64,000 nucleotides of DNA from Anaeromyxobacteraceae bacterium (GTDB lineage Bacteria; Myxococcota; Myxococcia; Myxococcales; Anaeromyxobacteraceae). Location of the stretch: NCBI GenBank assembly GCA_037443385.1, contig JBBIOL010000003.1:2542-66541 (forward strand). Reading direction: 5' to 3'. The notes below the pieces were generated by a model, which was not told the DNA's origin, searched no databases, and saw only the letters and a program-made list of their open reading frames with translations. The translations under genes and the position numbers were made by a program. Below, one piece after another: positions 32,650 to 41,179 of this stretch. How positions within the stretch are numbered: position 1 is the stretch's first letter; each line of letters opens with the position of its first letter.

Positions 32650-34548
32650 ATGCGGGTCCATGTATGTCCCGTGGAGCCATCCGCCCGATACCTGCCCATG
32701 TACCCCGAGGAGGTCGCCGCCCGCGGCTGGGACGCGATCGACGTCCTCGTCGTGACCGGGGACGCCTACGTGGATCACCCGGCCTTCGGCGCCGCGGTGA
32801 TCGGGCGGGTGCTCGAGGCCCGGGGATTCCGGGTGGGGATCGTGGCCCAGCCCCGCTGGGACGACCCGTCCGATCTCCTGCGTCTGGGGCGCCCGCGCCT
32901 CCTCGTCGGCATCACCGCCGGTGCGATGGACTCGCTCGTCAACCACTACACCGCGCAGAAGCGCCCCCGCTCCGACGACGCCTACACGCCGGGAGGCGTT
33001 CCGGGCCGGCGTCCGGACCGGGCGGTGACGGTCTACGCGCGGCTGGCGCGCCGGGCCTTCGGCGACGCGATGCCCATCGTGATCGGCGGGGTCGAGGCCT
33101 CCCTGCGGCGGATCTCCCACTACGACTACTGGGAGGACCGGGTCCGCCCGTCGGTCCTCCTGGGAAGCGGCGCCGACCTGCTCGTGTACGGCCAGGGGGA
33201 GAAGCCCGTGGTCGAGATCGCGCGCCGGCTCGCCTCGGGCGAGGACGTCTGCGGCCTCGTCGACGTCCCGGGCACGGCGGTGGCGGTGGCCGATCCCGGC
33301 CTGGCCGGGCTTAAGGGGCGCAGCCGCGGGACGCTCGTCCTGCCCAGCCACGAGGAGGTGGCCGGGGACCGGCGGACCTTCGCGCTTTTCTCGCGCCTGT
33401 ACCACCTCGAGCACAACCACGAGAACGCCCGGGTACTGGTGCAGCGGGCCGGCCGGGGCGAGGCCCAGCGCCACGTGGTGGTGAACGAGCCCATGCCGCC
33501 CCCCACCACCGGGGAGCTCGACGCCGTGCACGAGCTCCCCTTCGTCCGGGACGCCCACCCCTCCTACGGCGGCGCGCACATCCCGGCCCTGGAGCAGATC
33601 CGCTGGAGCGTGGCCATCCTGCGCGGCTGCGCGGCCGGCTGCGCCTTCTGCTGCATCACCGAGCACCAGGGGCGCGACGTCTCCTCCCGCTCCCACGCGA
33701 GCGTGATCCGGGAGATCGAGACCCTGACCCGCCACCCGGCCTTCCGGGGCACCGTCACCGACCTGGGGGGCGCCACCGCCAACATGTGGCAGATGGGGTG
33801 CACCAGCGCCGAGGCCCACGCCGCCTGCCGCCGGGCCTCCTGCGTCCACCCGTCGGTGTGCCCGTTCTTCGCCGTCGACCACGGCCCGCTCGTGGACCTG
33901 TACCAGGCCGCACGGAAGGTGAAAGGCGTGAAGCACGCCTTCGTCGGCTCCGGCCTGCGCTACGACCTGGCCCACCACGACCGGAGGAACGGGCAGCGCT
34001 ACCTGGAGGAGCTCGTCACCCACCACGTCTCCGGCCAGCTCAAGGTCGCCCCGGAGCACGTCTGCGAGGACGTGCTCCGGATCATGAAGAAGCCCGGGCC
34101 GGAGGCGTTCGAGCGCTTCCGCGGCGAGTTCGAGCGCTATTCCCGGAAGGCCGGCAAGGAGCAGTACCTCGTCCCCTACTTCATCTCCGCGCACCCCGGC
34201 GCCACCACCGAGCACGCGGTCCAGCTCATGGAGTACCTGAAGCGGAACCGCTGGCGGCCGCAGCAGGTGCAGGACTTCATGCCCACACCCATGACGCTGG
34301 CGAGCGACATCCACTGGTCGGGGTTCCACCCCATGAGCGGGAAGCCGGTGCACGTGGTGCGCGACATGAAGGAGAAGCGCACCCAGAAGGCGCTCATCCG
34401 CTGGGGGGAGCCCCGCAACCGGCCGCTCATCGAGGAGGCCCTGCGACGCACCGGCCGCCTCCGCCCCGGGGAGCGGCTCGACGCGGGGCCGCGCCCGGCC
34501 GGCGGCCGGCGGCGGCGCCCGCGCTGGGGCGAGGGAGGCCGGTCCTAG
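32650..34548 (+). CDS. ygiQ: YgiQ-family radical SAM protein (UPF0313)
   Basis: 632 aa. YLPMYPEEVAARGWDAIDVLVVTGDAYVDHPAFG matches the YgiQ N-terminal domain. The radical-SAM cluster motif CAAGCAFC is present. Confidence 0.88.
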   Translation: MRVHVCPVEPSARYLPMYPEEVAARGWDAIDVLVVTGDAYVDHPAFGAAVIGRVLEARGFRVGIVAQPRWDDPSDLLRLGRPRLLVGITAGAMDSLVNHYTAQKRPRSDDAYTPGGVPGRRPDRAVTVYARLARRAFGDAMPIVIGGVEASLRRISHYDYWEDRVRPSVLLGSGADLLVYGQGEKPVVEIARRLASGEDVCGLVDVPGTAVAVADPGLAGLKGRSRGTLVLPSHEEVAGDRRTFALFSRLYHLEHNHENARVLVQRAGRGEAQRHVVVNEPMPPPTTGELDAVHELPFVRDAHPSYGGAHIPALEQIRWSVAILRGCAAGCAFCCITEHQGRDVSSRSHASVIREIETLTRHPAFRGTVTDLGGATANMWQMGCTSAEAHAACRRASCVHPSVCPFFAVDHGPLVDLYQAARKVKGVKHAFVGSGLRYDLAHHDRRNGQRYLEELVTHHVSGQLKVAPEHVCEDVLRIMKKPGPEAFERFRGEFERYSRKAGKEQYLVPYFISAHPGATTEHAVQLMEYLKRNRWRPQQVQDFMPTPMTLASDIHWSGFHPMSGKPVHVVRDMKEKRTQKALIRWGEPRNRPLIEEALRRTGRLRPGERLDAGPRPAGGRRRRPRWGEGGRS

Positions 34549-34566
34549 GGAACTCCGGGGCCGCCT

Positions 34567-35532
34567 TCACCGTCCGTCGAGGTACTCGATCCGCGCCGCG
34601 GACCGGAGGTCGTCGACGAGGTCCCGGACGGCGGCCTCGCGCCTCTCCTGGAGGAGCCGGGCGCGGATCCCCGGGGCCACCCGTTCCTCGGGCATGGGCT
34701 CGCCGCCCCGCCGGGCCTCGACCCGGATCACGTGGAAGCCGAAGACCGTCTCGACCACCGGCGAGGTCCCGCCGTCCGCCAGCGCGAAGGCGGCGGCCTC
34801 GAACTCGGGGACCATCTTCCCGCGCGGGACCCAGCCCAGGTCGCCGCCGGAGGCGGCGCTCGCGTCCTGCGAGCGCCGGTGCGCCAGCCCGGCGAAGTCC
34901 GCGCCCGCGGCCGCGCGCCGCCGGATCTCCTCGGCCTCGGACCGGGCCCGGACCCGCTCCGGCTCCGGTGCGGTCGCCTCGGCCTTGCGGAGAACGTGGC
35001 GGACCCGGAGCTCGAGCGGGGTGGTGTACCGCTCCAGGTGGGCGAGGCGGTAGGCCTGCACGTCGGCGTCGTCCACCCGGACCGCGTCGAGCACCGGGGC
35101 GAGCAGGTTCTGGATGGAGGCCTGCCGCCGGGCCCAGTCGGGGAGCGTGGCCTCGGTGAGCCCGGCCCGCTCGAGCCTGCGGGCCAGCTCGCCCGGCGCG
35201 GCGTTCCGGGCGCGCAGCCCGGCGACGAGCGCGTCCACCTGGGCGGGGGTGGCCACCACCCCGCGGCGCACGGCCTCCTGCCAGAGCAGCTCGTCCTCCA
35301 CCAGCCGCTCGAGCGCCTCCCGCCGGTACTGCCGGTAGGCCTCCGGGTGGCGGATGCCCTGGGTGTTGCGCCCCTTCTGCACGAGGTAGTCCTCGAGGAA
35401 GCGGTCGGCGCGCTCGTTCGAGATGGCGGCGCCGTTCACGCGCACCGCGTCGCCGGCGTGCTGGGCCGGGACCGTGCAGGGGAGGGCGGCGAGCGCGAGC
35501 CCGGCGACCGCCGCCGAAAACCGCCGGATCAT
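34567..35532 (-). CDS. Exported parvulin-type peptidyl-prolyl cis-trans isomerase (PpiC/SurA-like); last gene of the MCO operon
   Basis: 321 aa from ATG 35532 (ATGA overlap with the upstream gene). It has the signal peptide MIRRFSAAVAGLALAAL and the parvulin motif GGDLGWVPRGKMVPEFEAAAF...FGFHVIRVE. Confidence 0.85.
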   Translation of the reverse strand: MIRRFSAAVAGLALAALPCTVPAQHAGDAVRVNGAAISNERADRFLEDYLVQKGRNTQGIRHPEAYRQYRREALERLVEDELLWQEAVRRGVVATPAQVDALVAGLRARNAAPGELARRLERAGLTEATLPDWARRQASIQNLLAPVLDAVRVDDADVQAYRLAHLERYTTPLELRVRHVLRKAEATAPEPERVRARSEAEEIRRRAAAGADFAGLAHRRSQDASAASGGDLGWVPRGKMVPEFEAAAFALADGGTSPVVETVFGFHVIRVEARRGGEPMPEERVAPGIRARLLQERREAAVRDLVDDLRSAARIEYLDGR

Positions 35533-37139
35533 TCGAGCGACCTCCAGGGCCCCACCGTGGCGAGCGAGCCCTTCGCCCCGTCCGGCTCCACGATCCAGCC
35601 GCCCAGCGCGCCGATGCGCCGGACCGGGCCGTAGGTGAGCGGGTGGGTGAGCCCGGTGGGGAAGTCGTAGAGCCCCTCCAGCGCGGCCACGAACCGCTCC
35701 CGGGAGAGCTGCCGCCCGCTGCGGCGCAGCCCCTCGACGAGCACGTCGAGGGCCACCAGCGCAGCCACCTGCGAGGTGCGGTTGCGGTCGGGGAGGCCCG
35801 CGGCCTCGCGGAGGCGGGAGAGCCCGGCCGCGCCCTCGGCGGACTCGTCGGCGGGCGAGCCGGGGAAGGCGAGCCGGATCCTCCCGCGGAACGCGGCCGG
35901 CGCCCGGGCCGCCGCGCGCGACGCCAGCGTCCCCGGGGCGAGGAGCCAGGGCGTGAAGCCGATCCCGGTCGCGGCGCGGGTGAAGGCCTCGAGCGCAGCG
36001 TCGCCACCCAGGAAGAGGACCGCGCGCACCCCCGTCGCCGCGAGGGCCCGGACCCGGTCGGCGTCGGGCACGGCGCCGGCCCAGGTGACCTCCCGGAGCG
36101 CCGCCCCGGCCTTGCCGAGCTCCTCGCGGGCCCCGGCGGCGGCGTCGGCGGCGCGGGGATCGTCGGGACGGACCACCGCGATCCGCGCCGGGTCGAGGGC
36201 GAGGTCGCGCACCGCGTGGGCGGCGAGGAGCCGGGCCTGCTCGCGCGGGCCCGACTGGAGGTGAAAGACCCACGGATTCGGCGGGTCCGCCTGCCGCGCG
36301 AGCAGCGTGAACGGGCCCACGACCGGGACCTTGCGCTCCTCGGCCGCCGTGGCGACGGCGTCCTCGGCGCCCGGGAAGAGGCCGGAGACGAGCGCGAAGA
36401 CCTCCCCGCCGGCGACGAGCCGCTCCGCCTCCGCCCGGCCGTCGCCCGCGTCGGAGTCGTAGCCCGCGACGACGAGCTCGAGCCTCCGGCCGTGGACGCC
36501 TCCCAGCCGGTTGCGCTCGTCGGCACGCGCGCGCAGGAGCCGGAGCATGCCCGCTCCGGTCTCGGCGAGGCGCCCCCGGTCGGGCAGGACCACCCCCAGG
36601 CGCACGGCCGCGGGCTCGATGCCGGGATCGAGGTCCCGGTCCACGACGCGCAGGTAGGCGAGGAGGCTCGCCAGGTCCGCGTCGGAGATGCGGTAGCGCG
36701 GCATGACCGGATCGAGCGGGTTCCCGGCGGGGTCGCGCCCCTCCCGGACGGCCCGTGCGAAGGTCCGCTCGTCGAAGGCCGGGTGGGACCGTCCGCCCGG
36801 GTGGGCGTGGCCGTAGGGCTTCGTGAGCGCGGTCCAGGTGACCTCGGTGGGGACCACGCCCCCCTCCGGACGCCCGAGCCCGTCGGCGCCGTGGCAGCTG
36901 CCGCAGGGAGCCGCCGATCCGGGGAGGACCGATCCCTCCCGGCCGATGCGCGCCTCGATCTCCCCGCCGGACGGGCTCTCGCCGGCGAGGAAGACCCGCT
37001 TGCCGTCCCGCTCCCGGGCCTCGAGCTCGAGGCCTGGCGCCGGTCGGGCGAGGGCGGCGAGGAGCAGCGCCGTGGCGAGCGCCACCCGGCGGGCGAAGGG
37101 CGGGCTCCGGCGGCACCGGGACCGATCTTCCGGGATCAT
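35529..37139 (-). CDS. Exported fusion of a mono-haem cytochrome c domain and a type-I periplasmic binding protein (Liv-like) domain
   Basis: 536 aa from ATG 37139. It has a signal peptide, CGSCHG (CxxCH; DNA 36891-36905) followed by MPRY, then about 380 aa with a Liv-type PBP pattern (RLGVVLP...VVAGYDS...VFALVSG...VPVVGP...). Confidence 0.75.
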   Translation of the reverse strand: MIPEDRSRCRRSPPFARRVALATALLLAALARPAPGLELEARERDGKRVFLAGESPSGGEIEARIGREGSVLPGSAAPCGSCHGADGLGRPEGGVVPTEVTWTALTKPYGHAHPGGRSHPAFDERTFARAVREGRDPAGNPLDPVMPRYRISDADLASLLAYLRVVDRDLDPGIEPAAVRLGVVLPDRGRLAETGAGMLRLLRARADERNRLGGVHGRRLELVVAGYDSDAGDGRAEAERLVAGGEVFALVSGLFPGAEDAVATAAEERKVPVVGPFTLLARQADPPNPWVFHLQSGPREQARLLAAHAVRDLALDPARIAVVRPDDPRAADAAAGAREELGKAGAALREVTWAGAVPDADRVRALAATGVRAVLFLGGDAALEAFTRAATGIGFTPWLLAPGTLASRAAARAPAAFRGRIRLAFPGSPADESAEGAAGLSRLREAAGLPDRNRTSQVAALVALDVLVEGLRRSGRQLSRERFVAALEGLYDFPTGLTHPLTYGPVRRIGALGGWIVEPDGAKGSLATVGPWRSLE

Positions 37140-37954
37140 CGACGCAGCGTAAGCGTTCGCGTGCCGGTCTGCACCGGTTGCGTCGGCGGGTGGCGGTCCA
37201 GGATCTCGCCCAGCACCCCACCGGCGCAGTCGAGGGCCTCGAGGGGCAGGTCGGACGACTGCCGGTAGCTGTAGCCCGAGCTGTCGAGCGTGATCGTGAA
37301 GTCGACGCTCCCGGTGGCGCCGATGCGGCTCAGGCACTGCCGGATCTCGGTGGAGGTCCGGAAGTCCTCCTCGACCGCGTCGAGGACCGACGCCGAGGAG
37401 GACGCACCGGCCGGGAGCAGGACCAGGAAGGCGGCCGTCGCGACGCCGTCCGGGTCCACCACGACGCGCTCGGCGATCGCCTTCACCCCCGGGTCGGTGG
37501 AGAGCTGCTCGTGCCAGGCGGAAGCCGGGGCCGGTCCGTCCACCCGGCAGAGCATGCCGGAGCAGGCCCCCCTCCAGGGCACGCTGCCGGCGGGCCAGAG
37601 CGCGGACAGCGCCGACGAGAGGCGGGAGAGGGCCGGCGGCGAGGGCGGGCTGCCGGCGCCGAACGCGTTCCGGAGCGAGAGGTAGCGACCGCGCCGCTCC
37701 TCGAGCTCGGAGAGGCGACGCTGCTCGGCCGGGTCGGAGACCTCGGTGGCGGTGCGCTCCCGGGCGCCGAGCGACCCGGGCGCGACGGCGGGAGCGGGCG
37801 CCGGAGCGGCGGTCTCCCCGCCTCCCGACCCGAACCAGGCCCAGGCGAGCACGAGCACGGCACCGAGCGCGGCGGCGACCCACCAGCCCCGGCGGGAGTG
37901 GCGCGATCCGGCCGGGTCAGTTCGCGGGGCGCGGGGTGGGGGCGCCTTCGCCAT
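37136..37954 (-). CDS. Hypothetical N-terminally anchored protein with four Cys in its exported domain
   Basis: 272 aa, overlapping both neighbours (38 nt and 4 nt). It has a basic N-terminus plus the TM segment WWVAAALGAVLVLAWAWF. No family is recognised. Confidence 0.55.
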   Translation of the reverse strand: MAKAPPPRAPRTDPAGSRHSRRGWWVAAALGAVLVLAWAWFGSGGGETAAPAPAPAVAPGSLGARERTATEVSDPAEQRRLSELEERRGRYLSLRNAFGAGSPPSPPALSRLSSALSALWPAGSVPWRGACSGMLCRVDGPAPASAWHEQLSTDPGVKAIAERVVVDPDGVATAAFLVLLPAGASSSASVLDAVEEDFRTSTEIRQCLSRIGATGSVDFTITLDSSGYSYRQSSDLPLEALDCAGGVLGEILDRHPPTQPVQTGTRTLTLRR

Positions 37955-38570
37955 GGCCCGGATCCTCGTCCGCGAGCCGCCGCAGCGTGTCGGCGATGGC
38001 GGCCGCCGGCATGTCGGGGCGGATCTTGGTCCAGTGGCCGGTGCGGACGTTGCCGGCCAGGAAGGCGGTGGTGTGGTCGCCCGGCTCCTCCGGCCACTCG
38101 CCGAGCCGCCTCGCCACGAAGGAGACGTTCTCCCTCTTCCCGCCCAGGAAGGACCAGTTCGAGTACACGGCCTCGTTCCGCCGCGCGAAGCGGGAGAGCT
38201 CGGCCGGCGTGTCGAAGTCCGGGTCCACCGACAGCGAGACGAGGCGGACCTCCCGGAAGCGGTCCCCGAGCGCGCGGCGCACTCCGTTCAGCTTCTGGCA
38301 GATGAGGGGGCAGGCGCTCTCGCAGCGGGTGAAGATGAAGCTCACGAGGACCACCTGGCCGTCGAGTACGTCGGAGAAGAAGCGCACGTTCTTCCCGTCC
38401 TGGTCCACGAGCACGGTGTCGGTGAACCAGTCGCGCGCCTTCTGGCGGCGCGCCTCCGGGCTCGCACGGGGCGACGGGCCGGCGGGCGGCGCCGGATCGG
38501 CGGCCCCGGCCGGGAGGGCGGCGGCCGCGGCAACCGCGGCGAGGAGGAGGGCGGGGATCCGGCGGCTCAC
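37917..38570 (-). CDS. SCO1/SenC-family copper chaperone (thioredoxin fold)
   Basis: 217 aa with a signal peptide, CxxxC in FIFTRCESACPLIC and a downstream conserved His (GDHTTAFL). Confidence 0.85.
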   Translation of the reverse strand: MSRRIPALLLAAVAAAAALPAGAADPAPPAGPSPRASPEARRQKARDWFTDTVLVDQDGKNVRFFSDVLDGQVVLVSFIFTRCESACPLICQKLNGVRRALGDRFREVRLVSLSVDPDFDTPAELSRFARRNEAVYSNWSFLGGKRENVSFVARRLGEWPEEPGDHTTAFLAGNVRTGHWTKIRPDMPAAAIADTLRRLADEDPGHGEGAPTPRPAN

Positions 38571-38571
38571 G

Positions 38572-39216
38572 TCACTGCACCCCGGCCGGGCCCGGGACGC
38601 GGGACGCGCCGATCGCGTCCACGCGGGCCAGGATGAGCTTCGCGTCGGGGAAGCCGTTGTAGCGGGTCCAGGTCCCCGTGCGCGCGTCCCCCACGAGCAC
38701 CATGGGCGGGTGATCGGTGAAGTTCGGCGTGTAGGCGCCCATGTCGCGCAGCACCCGCTCGACCACGTCCTTCGAGCCGGTGAGCCAGACCCAGCCCGGT
38801 CGCGCCTTCCAGCGCCTCGCGTAGGCCTTGAGCTTCGCCGGGGTGTCGCGGGCCGGGTCGAGCGTCACCGAGACCAGGAGCACGTCCTTGCCGAGGTGGT
38901 CGCCGAGCCGGTCCTGCATCCGGGAGAGGATCCCGGAGAGCACCGGGCACACCGTGGTGCAGGTGGTGAAGACGAAGTCGGCGATGACCGTCCGGTCTCC
39001 GGAGAGGAGCTCGCGCAGCCGGACCGGCCGGCCGTCCTGGTCCACGAGCTCGACGTCGGGCACGGTGACGCGGGCCTCGGCCACCGGGGGCGCCTTCTCA
39101 GCCCGGGTCACCTCGGCGGGGTGGCAGGGCGGCGCGGCGTCCTCGGCGGCGCCGGCCTGCGGGAGGGCGAGGAGCGCGGCGGCGACGAGCGCGGCGCGGG
39201 TTCGGGAACGGTTCAT
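38572..39216 (-). CDS. SCO1/SenC-family copper chaperone, second paralog
   Basis: 214 aa from ATG 39216, with a signal peptide, CxxxC in FVFTTCTTVCPVL and a conserved His (FTDHPPMVLV). Confidence 0.85.
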   Translation of the reverse strand: MNRSRTRAALVAAALLALPQAGAAEDAAPPCHPAEVTRAEKAPPVAEARVTVPDVELVDQDGRPVRLRELLSGDRTVIADFVFTTCTTVCPVLSGILSRMQDRLGDHLGKDVLLVSVTLDPARDTPAKLKAYARRWKARPGWVWLTGSKDVVERVLRDMGAYTPNFTDHPPMVLVGDARTGTWTRYNGFPDAKLILARVDAIGASRVPGPAGVQ

Positions 39217-41153
39217 GGAGCTCTCCCCGGGGGGGCCTCGACCACGACCCCCCGGTAGGGCACGTCGTTGCTCTTCACCTGGAGCGAAGGAACGGCGGCG
39301 AAGAAGTACCAGGCCCCGGCGCGGTCCACGAGCGCCTCGGCCTCGTAGACGCCTCCCCCGGCGCCGCGGGCCACCACCTCGTGGCGCGGTCCGCCGGGCA
39401 CCGCGTGGTAGAGCAGGGTGAGGTCGGCGACGCCGTCGCGCGGCTCGCGGGTGGCGGCGTCGGCGATGCGGAGCCGGATCGGGACCTTCGCGCCCACCGG
39501 GGCGCGGGACGGCACGTCGACGAACTCGACCAGCACGCCGCCCCGCTCCCTGCGCAGGGCCGCGTCGGGCAGGACCTCCGTGCCGAAGCAGTGCAGCACG
39601 CGCGGGTTGTCGAGCAGGAAGGCCACGTCGTAGCGCCCGGCGACCGGGAGGCGCACCTTGCCGGCGTAGACCCCCGGCTCGACCTCCGTCAGGCTCCGGT
39701 CCACCACCGTGGCCGCGAGCACGCGGTGCCCGTACCCGCCGTAGCTGCCCATGGGGGCGTTCATGCCCTCCATGTAGAAGTAGGTGTTCCCGTCGGCGGG
39801 GCTGGCCACGAAGACCGCGGCCTCGGTGGAGGCCTGGGCCACGGCGTCGGCCAGGGCCAGCTCGCCCGCGTCCTGCGGCGCGCCGGTCCCGGCGCCGAAC
39901 CCCTGGACGATGGGCTTCCTGCCCGCGCCCAGGCTCCCCAGGTTCACCATCTTCACCTGCGGGGAGTCGAGGAGCCGGACGTAGGCGAAGGCGCGGGTCA
40001 TCCCCACCTGGTAGGGCTTGCCCTCGAGCGGGATGGTGTGGACGGGCTGGTTGTCGGAGGCGTCGACGACGAGCACGGAACGCTCCGACGGGTTCACGAC
40101 GAAGGCGAACCGCCCGTCCTGGGTGAAGCGCAGCGGCCCCAGCCCGGGCTTCCCCTGGACGCGGGCCGTGACCTCCAGCCGGACCGGGTCCAGGACCGAG
40201 ACCGTGCCCGCCTTCCCGTCGGCCACGTAGACCGACTGGGAGAGGGAGGAGGTGGCGACGGCGATGGGGAGCGGCCCGGTCGGGAGGTCGGCGAGCTTGC
40301 GCAGCGTGGCCACGTCCACGACCGAGACCGTGCCCTCGTCCCGGTTGGTGACGAAGGCCCGGGCGCCGTCGGCGGAGAAGGCGATCTCGTGATGGCCGCG
40401 GCCGGTGACGACGAAGGCCACCTTTCCGCGGGTGGCGGTGTCGATCACGGTGACGCCGCTCCGGGCCGCGTCGGAGGCGTCGTTCGCCACCCACAGGTAC
40501 CGGCCGTCGGGCTGGATGGCGAGCCGCAGCGGGTCGGACCCCGCCGGCACCGACGCCGCGAGCCGGAAGGTCCCGGTGTCCACCACCGCCACCTCGCCGG
40601 CGCGGGGGAGGGAGACGTAGAGGAAGCGCCCGTCGGGGCTGCGGGTCCAGTCGCCGCCCGGGCGCTTCAGGACCACGCTGGCGAGCAGGCTGGTGTTGCC
40701 GGTCATGCTCACCACCGGGTCGATCACCGACAGGCTCGCGTCCCGGTTCAGGAGCACGAGGTAGTAGCTGTTCAGGTCGACGAGCGGACGGATGCCCACG
40801 CTGCCCTGGAGGTAGAGCGCCACCTTGTCCTTGCAGGCCCGTTCCTGCCCGGGCTTGCCGGCCACCACCGCGGCCATGTCCATCCAGGCGGCCGGCTTGG
40901 CGCCGGGAACGGGGCGGCCGCTCGCGACGTCGGTCATGCGGAAGCGGACCTCGGCGATCTCCCCCTCCCGGACCGGTCCGGGCTCGCCGGCCCGGACCAG
41001 CGAGAAGTCGATGGCCACGCCGTCGCGGACCACGCGCCGGTCCGGGTCCGGAGCCGCGGCGGGCTCGGACGCGGAGGCGGTGACGGCGGCGAGCAACGCC
41101 ACCGCCACCGCGACCGCCCCCGTCCCCACCCCCCCGCAGATGCCACGCGCCAC
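39213..41153 (-). CDS. Exported YVTN-type beta-propeller protein flanked by Ig-like (FixH/YtkA-like) domains
   Basis: 646 aa from GTG 41153 (GGGGAGG 8 nt upstream). It has a signal peptide and repeated blades such as PDGRFLYVSLPRAGEVAVVD, PDGRYLWVAND, ADGARAFVTNRDEGTVSVVD and QDGRFAFVVNPSERSVLVVD. The domain calls for the termini are tentative. Confidence 0.75.
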   Translation of the reverse strand: MARGICGGVGTGAVAVAVALLAAVTASASEPAAAPDPDRRVVRDGVAIDFSLVRAGEPGPVREGEIAEVRFRMTDVASGRPVPGAKPAAWMDMAAVVAGKPGQERACKDKVALYLQGSVGIRPLVDLNSYYLVLLNRDASLSVIDPVVSMTGNTSLLASVVLKRPGGDWTRSPDGRFLYVSLPRAGEVAVVDTGTFRLAASVPAGSDPLRLAIQPDGRYLWVANDASDAARSGVTVIDTATRGKVAFVVTGRGHHEIAFSADGARAFVTNRDEGTVSVVDVATLRKLADLPTGPLPIAVATSSLSQSVYVADGKAGTVSVLDPVRLEVTARVQGKPGLGPLRFTQDGRFAFVVNPSERSVLVVDASDNQPVHTIPLEGKPYQVGMTRAFAYVRLLDSPQVKMVNLGSLGAGRKPIVQGFGAGTGAPQDAGELALADAVAQASTEAAVFVASPADGNTYFYMEGMNAPMGSYGGYGHRVLAATVVDRSLTEVEPGVYAGKVRLPVAGRYDVAFLLDNPRVLHCFGTEVLPDAALRRERGGVLVEFVDVPSRAPVGAKVPIRLRIADAATREPRDGVADLTLLYHAVPGGPRHEVVARGAGGGVYEAEALVDRAGAWYFFAAVPSLQVKSNDVPYRGVVVEAPPGRAP

Positions 41154-41179
41154 GTCGTTCGCCTCCCCGGAACGCACCG

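Noticed and set aside
39213-41153. The beta-propeller next to copper chaperones might be a NosZ-like N2O reductase or a cytochrome cd1-type enzyme.
   Set aside because: It has no CuA motif (the C-terminal Cys/Cys/His/Met CuA ligand set is absent), too few conserved His for a CuZ site, and no CxxCH or haem d1-associated cytochrome domain.
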